From Gemmatimonadota bacterium (GTDB lineage Bacteria; Gemmatimonadota; Gemmatimonadetes; Gemmatimonadales; GWC2-71-9): a stretch of 64,000 nucleotides of DNA. The translations under genes were made by a program, and so were the position numbers. Numbering within the stretch: position 1 is the stretch's first letter; the number at the start of each line of letters is the position of its first letter. Shown one piece after another: positions 1 through 7,334 of this stretch. The notes under the pieces are model-generated. The model saw only the letters and a program-made list of their open reading frames with translations. It made no database searches and was not told the origin of the DNA. The stretch is from contig JAZDCY010000016.1 of assembly GCA_036679645.1 (NCBI GenBank), positions 37,377 through 101,376 on the forward strand, given 5' to 3'.

Positions 1-201
1 TCCGTCCTCACCCGTGTCCACGACGGCCACGCGGCGGGTCTCACCGATCTGATTGGCTGCCAACCCGACACCCTGTTCGTCGCGCATCGTATCGAACAGG
101 TCGGTGACCAGTTGCCGAACCGCGCCGTCCACCTCGGTGACCTCGGTCGCGCGCTGGCGCAGTACCGGCGAGCCGAGTAGGTGGAGGCTACGCAGGCTCA
201 C
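1..201 (-). CDS. def: Peptide deformylase, 5' part (runs off the window start)
   Basis: Manual translation from GTG at 201: MSLRSLHLLGSPVLRQRATEVTEVDGAVRQLVTDLFDTMRDEQGVGLAANQIG, containing deformylase motif 1 (GxGLAAxQ). GTGA overlap with the yajC stop. Not in the ORF track. Confidence 0.88.
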   Translation of the reverse strand, partial: MSLRSLHLLGSPVLRQRATEVTEVDGAVRQLVTDLFDTMRDEQGVGLAANQIGETRRVAVVDTGEDG

Positions 202-536
202 GACCGCTTCTTCTCGTCACCCGTTCCCGGTGTGAGCACCTCGGCGACGCGCCCGCGCTGAATCACGAGCCGCGATTCGCCGCTCTTTATCGTGAGCTCG
301 TCGTCTTTCACCTTGATGACCTCACCCACGATGCCCCCGTTCGTGACGACGCGGTCGCCCCGTGAGATCTCCGCAAGGCGGGCCCGGTGCCGTTTCTCCT
401 GCTGCGAACGGGGGCGGATCAGCAGGAAATAGATGATGCCGATGAAGGCCGCCATCTGAAACAGAAAGATGCCGAACCCAGGGCCGCCGGCCCCGCCGGA
501 CGGGGCGAACAGCAAAAACAGGGTGCTCAGGTTCAC
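198..536 (-). CDS. yajC: Preprotein translocase subunit YajC
   Basis: TM segment then IYFLLIRPRSQQEKRHR and GDRVVTNGGIVGEV. Start placed at GTG 536, which overlaps the tgt stop (GTGA). Confidence 0.92.
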   Translation of the reverse strand: MNLSTLFLLFAPSGGAGGPGFGIFLFQMAAFIGIIYFLLIRPRSQQEKRHRARLAEISRGDRVVTNGGIVGEVIKVKDDELTIKSGESRLVIQRGRVAEVLTPGTGDEKKRS

Positions 537-1666
537 GCGTCGCTCCGGGTGTTGTACCGGGCCAGCCAGTCGCGCCGCCACGTCTCGAACGTTCCGTCGA
601 GGACGCGGGCACGCGATGTCTCGCCCAGGCGAATCAAGAACCGCACGTTGTGCAGCGAAAGCAGTCGGAGTCCCAGCAACTCATCGGCGACGAACAGGTG
701 TCGCAGGTATCCGCGACTGTACGTGGTGCATGTTTCACAGTCGCAACCGGCATCGATTGGTGTCTCATCGCGCCGGAAAGCCGCGTTGCGCACGTTGAGA
801 CGGCCATCGGCCGTGAACGCCGAGCCGTTGCGCCCGTTCCTCGTGGGTGCAACGCTATCGAATAGATCTACGCCACGGGCCACCGCTTCGAGCAGGTCTT
901 CCGGAAAACCGACCCCCATAAGATAACGTGGGATGCCATGGGGCAATGCGGGGCACAATGTTTCGAGAATGGCGTACATCGCCGCACGCTCCTCTCCCAC
1001 CGCGAGCCCGCCGATCGCGAGGCCGGACCAGGCGCGCATGCCCGTGATCGCTTCGAGCGCCCGGTCACGGAGATCGGGGAAGATCGCCCCCTGAACGATG
1101 GGCCAGAGGGTCTGCCGCTCGGGCGTAGCATTGGCCAACTCGGCGTGCCGTGCCGCGCACCGTTTCAGCCATCGCGTTGTGCGCGTGAGTGCCTCCTCGG
1201 CCTCCGGCCGCGTGGCCGTTCCGGGGACGACGTGGTCGAGCGCCATGGCGACGTCGCTGCCCAGGGCCCACTGGATTTCGACAGCGCGCTCTGGCGTGAC
1301 CATGCGTCTGGCACCATCGACGTGTGACTGGAACTCGACGCCCTCGTCGGTCACGCGGCGCGAGCCGTCAAGTGAAAATACCTGAAACCCGCCCGAGTCG
1401 GTGAGGATGGGTCCGTCCCACGCCATGAACCGGTGTAGCCCGCCCAGCGCGGCGATGGTCTCTTCACCCGGACGGACGTGCAGGTGATACGTGTTCGCCA
1501 GCACCACCTGCGTTCCAACGGCCGTGAGATCGAAGGGCGAGAGCGTTCGTACGGTCGCCTGTGTCCCGACCGGCATGAACGCCGGTGTCAGTACTGATCC
1601 GTGCGGGAGCGAGAGCGTCCCGGCGCGGGCCGCGCCGCAGGTGGCGTCGATCTGGAACTCGAACAT
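533..1666 (-). CDS. tgt: tRNA-guanine(34) transglycosylase
   Basis: TPAFMPVGT, LTDSGGFQVFSL, YLMGVG, DLFDSVAPTRNGR and CDCETC/HN Zn motifs. True start MFEFQ at 1666; the upstream extension in the ORF track runs through the queA remnant and the CRISPR array. Confidence 0.97.
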   Translation of the reverse strand: MFEFQIDATCGAARAGTLSLPHGSVLTPAFMPVGTQATVRTLSPFDLTAVGTQVVLANTYHLHVRPGEETIAALGGLHRFMAWDGPILTDSGGFQVFSLDGSRRVTDEGVEFQSHVDGARRMVTPERAVEIQWALGSDVAMALDHVVPGTATRPEAEEALTRTTRWLKRCAARHAELANATPERQTLWPIVQGAIFPDLRDRALEAITGMRAWSGLAIGGLAVGEERAAMYAILETLCPALPHGIPRYLMGVGFPEDLLEAVARGVDLFDSVAPTRNGRNGSAFTADGRLNVRNAAFRRDETPIDAGCDCETCTTYSRGYLRHLFVADELLGLRLLSLHNVRFLIRLGETSRARVLDGTFETWRRDWLARYNTRSDA

Positions 1667-1667
1667 G

Positions 1668-1718
1668 TCACACGATAGCCATCGCGTCGCCGTAGTTGTA
1701 GAGGCGATATCGCTGAGC
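1668..1718. repeat. Left att-like direct repeat: displaced copy of the queA 3' end
   Basis: tcacacgatagccatcgcgtcgccgtagTtgtagaggcgatatcgctgagc matches 17466-17516 at 50/51 positions (1696 T vs 17494 C). Similarity continues to 1725 with third-position changes. Confidence 0.93.
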
Positions 1719-1727
1719 GACCGCCAT
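1668..1727 (-). CDS. Putative 19-aa mini-ORF (MAVAQRYRLYNYGDAMAIV) formed from the displaced queA tail, coupled to tgt
   Basis: ATG at 1727 is in frame with TGA at 1670-1668, one base before the tgt ATG. Weak SD-like AGGT 9 nt upstream. Translation is unproven. Confidence 0.45.
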   Translation of the reverse strand: MAVAQRYRLYNYGDAMAIV

Positions 1728-1743
1728 GACCGCCCAACCTGCG

Positions 1744-1966
1744 GTTTCAATCCACGCCCGCGCGCGAGCGGGCGACCTGGGTCTTCGCGTGTGTCTACAC
1801 GCTGATGTTTCAATCCACGCCCGCGCGCGAGCGGGCGACCTCGACATTCTGAGCAACGCACTAACGACGTTTCAATCCACGCCCGCGCGCGAGCGGGCGA
1901 CTCGGACATGGCGCGCGTCGTCGATGTCCTCGCGTTTCAATCCACGCCCGCGCGCGAGCGGGCGAC
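1744..1966 (-). CRISPR. CRISPR array with 4 identical 33-bp repeats (GTCGCCCGCTCGCGCGCGGGCGTGGATTGAAAC) and 3 spacers
   Basis: Repeats at 1744-1776, 1807-1839, 1869-1901 and 1934-1966; spacers of 30, 29 and 32 nt. 7-bp stem CGCCCGC/GCGGGCG and 11-nt 3' tag ending ATTGAAAC, typical of I-C repeats. Confidence 0.98.
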
Positions 1967-2148
1967 TGACTACTGCTAACTCTTTGTAGTTGAATGGCTT
2001 CAAAAGCCGGTCGCGCGAACCGGCTCCGGGTGAGCAAGGTTGGGCTACTATCGGCGCGAGTGCAAACGGTCAAGCAGTTGTCAAAGAGCGCGTTAGCCGT
2101 GGTCGCGAACCCCAGGCGAAAGATGCACCAGCTAGAGGTTCGCGGCTA
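1967..2148 (-). promoter_or_regulatory. CRISPR leader
   Basis: Lies between cas2 and the first repeat, relatively AT-rich next to the repeat, with several CGCGAACC/GGTTCGCG motifs like those of I-C leaders. Confidence 0.7.
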
Positions 2149-2439
2149 TCAAATAATCAGCGGTCCCTCCAGATCGACGCTCGGCTTCGCGCCGTGATGC
2201 TCCACCCGATGACGCCAATTCCTTCCCAGGAAGTAGAACCGCAGGCTGTCTTCCTCAGGTCGATAGAGATCGAGCAGACGCAGTTTGAACTGCGCCCACT
2301 GTGTCGGGTCGAGCTGGCACTCGAATACCGAGTTCTGCACCCGTTGGCCAAAGCCGACGCAGGTCTTCGCGACGTGCCTGAGGCGTTTGCGGCCCTCCCG
2401 GGTTGTCGTCGCTACGTCGTACGTCACCAAGACAAACAC
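2149..2439 (-). CDS. cas2: CRISPR-associated endoribonuclease Cas2
   Basis: [30 protein letters not shown]; I-C-like sequence. Confidence 0.97.
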   Translation of the reverse strand: MFVLVTYDVATTTREGRKRLRHVAKTCVGFGQRVQNSVFECQLDPTQWAQFKLRLLDLYRPEEDSLRFYFLGRNWRHRVEHHGAKPSVDLEGPLII

Positions 2440-2454
2440 AATGGCGTCCTCCGG

Positions 2455-3486
2455 TTACTTCCACACGAACGCCGGATAGGCATCGAGATCGCCGCGGAGT
2501 AGCCGCGCCAGGAGCCGCGCCTGCAGGTGGATCAACAACCCTACCGTGGTTTGCTCGCCCAGGAAGGGGTGTGTGATCTCATCCTGCTTGCGCTTCTGAT
2601 ACGCGATCAGAACCGTCTTTCGCGTGTCCTCGGACATCTCGACTCCACCGGATTCCGTCTTGCGGAAGCCCTTCGCGTGGACCTGCTGGCGGTTGATGAG
2701 CGTGAGGGCGAGCCGATCCGCCAGGAACGGTCGGAACTCCTCGATGAGATCGAGCGCGAGTCCGGGTCGGCCTGGACGGTCGCGGTGGAGGAAACCGACC
2801 TGGCTGTCCAGCCCGGCCGCCTCACAGGCGGCTCGCGCATCGTGCCCGAGCATGGCGTACAGGAACGAGAGCAGCGCGTTGACCGGATCCAGCGGCGGCC
2901 GGCGGTTGCGCCCGGTAAACGCAAAGCCGTCGGGCTGCCCAGTGATCAGGTGGCCGAACACGGCGAAATAGATGCTGGCGCTCTCCCCCTCGATCCCGCG
3001 AATCAGGTCGAGCCGGTCCGCCGCCTGGACCTGTTGGATGGTGTGGGCCAGACGCGCCGCCGCCGCCTGCACAGCCGCCCGACCTTGGCCCTCTGGATAG
3101 TCTCGAACGCTCCGGAGCAGCACGGTCCGTGCGTTCGCGACCTTCGCAGTAACGAGATTCCGCGCAATGACGGCGCTCCGAGACTCGTCGTCGGCGCGGC
3201 GGTACTGCTCGCGACGCAGCAGGACGTTGCCGGGTGTGAAACCGAGCACGCGGGCAAGGAACTTCCCCTGCTCGCTCAGGAACGAGATGGCGATACCCCG
3301 TTCGGCGCACGCGTGCATTAGCCACGGGCTGATGTTGACGAGACCGAAACACACGATCCCGCCGAGCGTGTGGAGCGGCAGCTGAAGGCGGGTCTCCTCC
3401 CCGAGTTTTACCTGGAGTGCCTCCCCGTACTTCGAGACGTACGCGCCTTGCGTCGTCACGAACAGGGTATTCAGGTGCTGCTTCAC
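2455..3486 (-). CDS. cas1: CRISPR-associated endonuclease Cas1 (I-C type)
   Basis: LNTLFVTTQGAY, IRGIEGESA, RNRRPPLDPVNALLSF, GFLHRDRPGRPGLALDLIEEFR. Confidence 0.98.
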   Translation of the reverse strand: MKQHLNTLFVTTQGAYVSKYGEALQVKLGEETRLQLPLHTLGGIVCFGLVNISPWLMHACAERGIAISFLSEQGKFLARVLGFTPGNVLLRREQYRRADDESRSAVIARNLVTAKVANARTVLLRSVRDYPEGQGRAAVQAAAARLAHTIQQVQAADRLDLIRGIEGESASIYFAVFGHLITGQPDGFAFTGRNRRPPLDPVNALLSFLYAMLGHDARAACEAAGLDSQVGFLHRDRPGRPGLALDLIEEFRPFLADRLALTLINRQQVHAKGFRKTESGGVEMSEDTRKTVLIAYQKRKQDEITHPFLGEQTTVGLLIHLQARLLARLLRGDLDAYPAFVWK

Positions 3487-4169
3487 GGTGTCGCGCCTTT
3501 TGCCTCATCGAGCGTGACGCCGACGGCGCGGGCGAGGTAACGGGCCGCCGAGCCGCGGGCGCGCCCCATAGCATCGGGGAGGCATATGTGGAGCAGGGAG
3601 CAGCGGTCGCATTTGGGCTCGCGTCGCGCCCGCGGCGTGCGGCGCGACGTGATGAGTTCGTGCAGGCGCGCGGCCGTTCCCTCGGTCAGGCGTCTGAGCG
3701 GAGCGTCAAAGGTCACGTCATGGCGCTTCCGCGTGCGGCCGTAGTACAGGGCCCCAGCCGGAACCTCGGTGTGCAGCATGTCTTCGAGGCACAGCGCTTG
3801 GGCACACAGTTGCACCTTGTCTGCCTCGTGGCGCTTGGGACGGCCGCGTTTGTACTCGACGGGGAACACAATCTGGCTGTCGCCAGCCGCGCGGAACTCG
3901 ACTATGTCTGCCTTGCCCACGAGGCCCAACCGGGTCGATCGAAGCGCCAGGCCCCGCGTGACGCGAACGCCCGACCGGGTCTCGGGCCGGCCGTCGTGCG
4001 CCTTGTCGTGCATATGACGCCCCTCGACGGTCAGGCGGTTCTCGGCCCAGAGGCCCTCGATGTGGATCAGGGCGCACTGCCGCTCGCAGAAGAGCAGGTG
4101 TTGGAGGGCGGAGATGGGGAGGAGGTCGTCCTCGGTGAAGCCTGCTTCCGCCCCACCCACAGGGGTCAC
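3483..4169 (-). CDS. cas4: CRISPR-associated protein Cas4
   Basis: ISALQHLLFCERQ, GKADIVEF, PVEYKRG, QLCAQALCLE, CDRCSLLHIC (Fe-S Cys cluster). Confidence 0.97.
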   Translation of the reverse strand: MTPVGGAEAGFTEDDLLPISALQHLLFCERQCALIHIEGLWAENRLTVEGRHMHDKAHDGRPETRSGVRVTRGLALRSTRLGLVGKADIVEFRAAGDSQIVFPVEYKRGRPKRHEADKVQLCAQALCLEDMLHTEVPAGALYYGRTRKRHDVTFDAPLRRLTEGTAARLHELITSRRTPRARREPKCDRCSLLHICLPDAMGRARGSAARYLARAVGVTLDEAKGATP

Positions 4170-4579
4170 GGACGGACTTCTCCAGGCAACTCCGCGAGAA
4201 TCGCGTCGTTGAGACGCCGTGCCAGTGCCAGCGCCGCGCGCGGCTCATCCGGAGCCGGCTCGGCGGGCTCTCCCGGGTAGCGGAACTTCCAGGCGTAGTC
4301 GGTAAGGCCTCCGCTCTCGCGGATCACCTGCTCGAGGTCCGGCGCGATCTCAAGCACCTGGCGCCCCAGATCGGCAATGTTGTGCGTCTTCCGAAAGATG
4401 CGTCCGTGCCACGTGAGGAAGCCTTTGAGCGCCTTCTCGGCAGCCTGCTGGCAATGGAACAGGGCGTCTCCCGCAAGTGGCGGTTCGACGTTGCTGATGA
4501 GCTCCGCGGCGCGCAGGTCGTTCGCCGCCTTGATCAGCCATGCGCGGGTCTCGGCAACGAACTCGGGATCAAGCGGCAT
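4166..4579 (-). CDS. HEPN domain protein (COG2250-like)
   Basis: AWLIKAANDL, FHCQQAAEKALKG, KTHNI, KFRYP. Start MPLDP at 4579 overlaps the MNT stop; its own stop overlaps the cas4 start (GTGA). Confidence 0.88.
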   Translation of the reverse strand: MPLDPEFVAETRAWLIKAANDLRAAELISNVEPPLAGDALFHCQQAAEKALKGFLTWHGRIFRKTHNIADLGRQVLEIAPDLEQVIRESGGLTDYAWKFRYPGEPAEPAPDEPRAALALARRLNDAILAELPGEVRP

Positions 4580-4925
4580 GGAGCAGCTTCCCTTCGCGCA
4601 AGACGGTCGCTGGGAGAGAGGCGGGTACGCGTGTGCGGCGATCGAACGCGGTGCTGGTCCACACGATGACATCCGCCGCTGTCCCGATCCCCCACAGCGC
4701 TTCGTGGGCCAGCCGGGTGCCCCGCCGGTCCGGTGTAGCGTCGTCGGGCACGATCACCATGAGATCGTAGTCGCTGTCCGCGTCGGCGTCGCCGCGGGCT
4801 TTGGAGCCGAATAGGTAGACGCGCTCCGGGTCGTATGCGTCCACGAGGCGGCGGACGATCTCGGCAAGCGCCGGATCGCGGTCTGGGAGCTGGCCCGTGG
4901 GCCTTCCCTGAGACTCAGGCATCAT
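4569..4925 (-). CDS. Minimal nucleotidyltransferase (MNT) domain protein
   Basis: VYLFGSKARGDADADSDYDL (GSx10DxD) motif; directly upstream of the HEPN gene. Confidence 0.9.
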   Translation of the reverse strand: MMPESQGRPTGQLPDRDPALAEIVRRLVDAYDPERVYLFGSKARGDADADSDYDLMVIVPDDATPDRRGTRLAHEALWGIGTAADVIVWTSTAFDRRTRVPASLPATVLREGKLLHAA

Positions 4926-4981
4926 GAACGATCATCTTGCCGGAAGGCACGCGATAGTTGACCAGGCGTACTCGGAAGCAC

Positions 4982-7127
4982 TCACACTACCCATGCGCTC
5001 GTGTCCTTCTGGCTCAGCAAGTGTTCCTGCCGCAGGACGCCAGCCATGTAACCGAGAAAGTCGGCCTGGTACTCCAAATCGCCCAGGCCGTATAGCCCCA
5101 GGCCCCGATCGTAGCGGTCGGTGTGAAGCTTATCAAGCCCGAGGTCGATGATCCGCCCAGGCCACATCTGGACACTGTAGGTCAACAATTCCGTCGGTGA
5201 GATTTTCTTTCTGTTCCGCACTGCCTGTGCCAGGCCTGCATCTACAATGACTGTCGCCGTCTGCTGCGGGATAACGCGGCAGAGGTGCGCGACTCCCCGT
5301 CGGCAGTGGCCGTGGGCATATGGTCGGTACTCCATGCGGTTCTCATCCTCGATCAGTTTGCGCGCTTGGTCCTCAGCGCCAGCCGTCCATTCCTTCCGCA
5401 TGGCTTCCGTCGCGAGCCAGGTTGTTCCCAGCTCGGGATCGTTGAGTTGGCTCCTACTGATGCGGTGGAGTGCTCGCCGAGGCACCTCGAAGGCAGGATT
5501 TCGTCGGAAGCGGGCGTCGCGGAGTCGAAGGTCCCAGACCTCCACCTCCTCCGCGTACTCGCCACCCCGGTTGACTCGACCGCCGACCTGAATCAGGCTG
5601 GCGGTGGACGCCGATTCCCGGAAGCCGGTACGGAACGACAAGTCCATCCCGGCTTCTACACAACTGGTTGCCACAAGGACCCAGTCATCGATCTTCCCTT
5701 CCTGCAGGCGAAGCTTCATCCGCTTCACAACCAAGTCCCGATGAGCGGGCGCAAGAGCAGTCGAAAGATGTAGCACGTCGTGGCCGGCTAGGCGCATCGC
5801 TCGTGCAACTACCGCGGCCGTCTGCACGGTGTTGACGACGAGTAACCGCGGACCAGGCTTCTCCGACACGAACTTCAGAAGTCCGTCCAGGTCAAGAGCC
5901 GGCTCCAGTTCATCCTGATCGGCTTCATTCTGGCCCGCTTTGGTAATCCTGCGCTCCACGCGGACGCGCCGACCTTCCGCTCGTCGGAGCTCGTCCCTGA
6001 GCTGTCTGTTGCCTACGAGATCCGGCACGGGCGGCATTCGCTTCTCGGATCCCGTTCGGATCAGCTCCCGGTACTCGGGAAGCTCCCAAAACCGCGGCAG
6101 CGAGCCGCTAGCGAGTACAAGGTGCCCACCCCAGTCGTCTGTCCACGTCTCCAGCCATCGCCACACCTGTGGCCAGAGGTGCGAGGGCATAGCCGCGTGC
6201 ATCTCGTCCACGAAGACGGCCGATCCTGGCAACTCGTGCAGCTTTCGCAACCGGGCTGGATGATGGCTGCCCAGGGTTTCGAAGAATTGCACCGCAGTCG
6301 TGACAATGATTGGCGCCTTCCACAGCGTTGCGAGTTGTCGCAGCTCCAAGTCCTCGAAGTCGGCCCGGTGGTGATGCTCGGCGACCACGTCTTCCGGGCG
6401 CTCACCCTCCAGCACCAATGCCTTGCGGTACACGTCCACAGACTGTGTGATGATGTTCGTGTACGGCAGGACGACAACGATGTGGCGCAACTGAGGTTTT
6501 CCTTCGGTCGCCACGCGCAGGAGGTGGGCCATTACTGCCGTCGTCTTGCCGCTCCCCACCGGAGCATCGCAGGCACGGATCGCTGGCTCAATCGCGGCAT
6601 CCCGGCAGGCTTCAAACACCCGTCGGCGCGCTTCATTCCGCTGCTGTTCTCGTGGTTTCTTTCCCTTCGGTAACCCGTCGACGTACCGCTGCAGTGCCGC
6701 CGCGCGCTCATCCCATCGGGTCTCGATGCCCGGCGTCTCGACCTCACCGCCATAGTGCCGTGCCGTGTCACCATGGTCAGCGTCTACGAGGCACGATAGG
6801 GCCAATCGACGGGTAAAGCCGCACGGCTGCAATGCCTTCGGTTTAGCCTTCGGTAACTCCGGACAGCCAGCCGAACGGTGGAGATTCCGATACCCGTCGA
6901 GTCGGCCTTTCGCATCGACGTGGTCCGCTACAACAAGACCACCTGGGGTCTCGCGCCTTAACTGGCGGAACGGTCGCCCCTGTGGTTCAAGGAAATCCTC
7001 CTTCAGACTGAACAGCCCGGCATGATGAGCGGCGACTAACGCTACCGATTCCTGCCAGTTAAGGCGATCCAGTTCGGCCACGCCTGCGTCCTCATGCGCA
7101 ATCACTAACCGTTTGCGTGAACTCTGC
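4982..7127 (-). pseudogene. cas3: cas3, 3' part (distal HD motifs plus SF2 helicase), IS-interrupted
   Basis: IAHED, AAHHAG, LVDADH, APVGSGKT (Walker A), FVDEMH (DExH), LSTAL, QVGGRVNR. Joins the 5' part in frame once the IS is removed. Confidence 0.93.
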
Positions 7128-7266
7128 TGCGGATTTCGGACCCATTCGGACACCTGTTTCGGAATCATCCGGACACCCATTTCGGTTTTATCCGGACACC
7201 TGTTTCGGAGCCATCCGGACACCCATTTCGGACATTCGGACACCTGTTTCGGAGATGTCGGACACC
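7128..7266 (+). repeat. IS21 left-end subterminal repeats
   Basis: CGGACACC core at 7147, 7170, 7193, 7216, 7237 and 7259 (21-23 bp spacing), mostly followed by (TG/CA)TTTCGG. Confidence 0.9.
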
Positions 7267-7334
7267 TTCGCTGAGGGAGTGGGCGCTGGATAACTGAGGC
7301 GGATTCGGTCTCACTTCAGGGACTTTTCCCCGGA

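Noticed and set aside
1667-1909. N-terminal extension of the tgt ORF and small ORFs across the CRISPR array
   Set aside because: These are translations of repeats and spacers (SPARARAWIET, PLARGRGLK); tgt homology begins at ATG 1666.
1777-1933. Self-targeting or island-targeting spacers
   Set aside because: No match found by eye in this window; a full-genome and virus-database search is needed, so no claim is made.
5295-5330. Possible small insertion or footprint in the cas3 C-terminus (PYAHGHCRR)
   Set aside because: In frame, with only a 5-bp flanking repeat; indistinguishable from natural variation.
7140-7266. Regularly spaced ~23-bp repeats as a second CRISPR array
   Set aside because: They have no unique spacers, lie within the IS21 end and are mirrored in inverted form at the other end; they are transposase-binding repeats.
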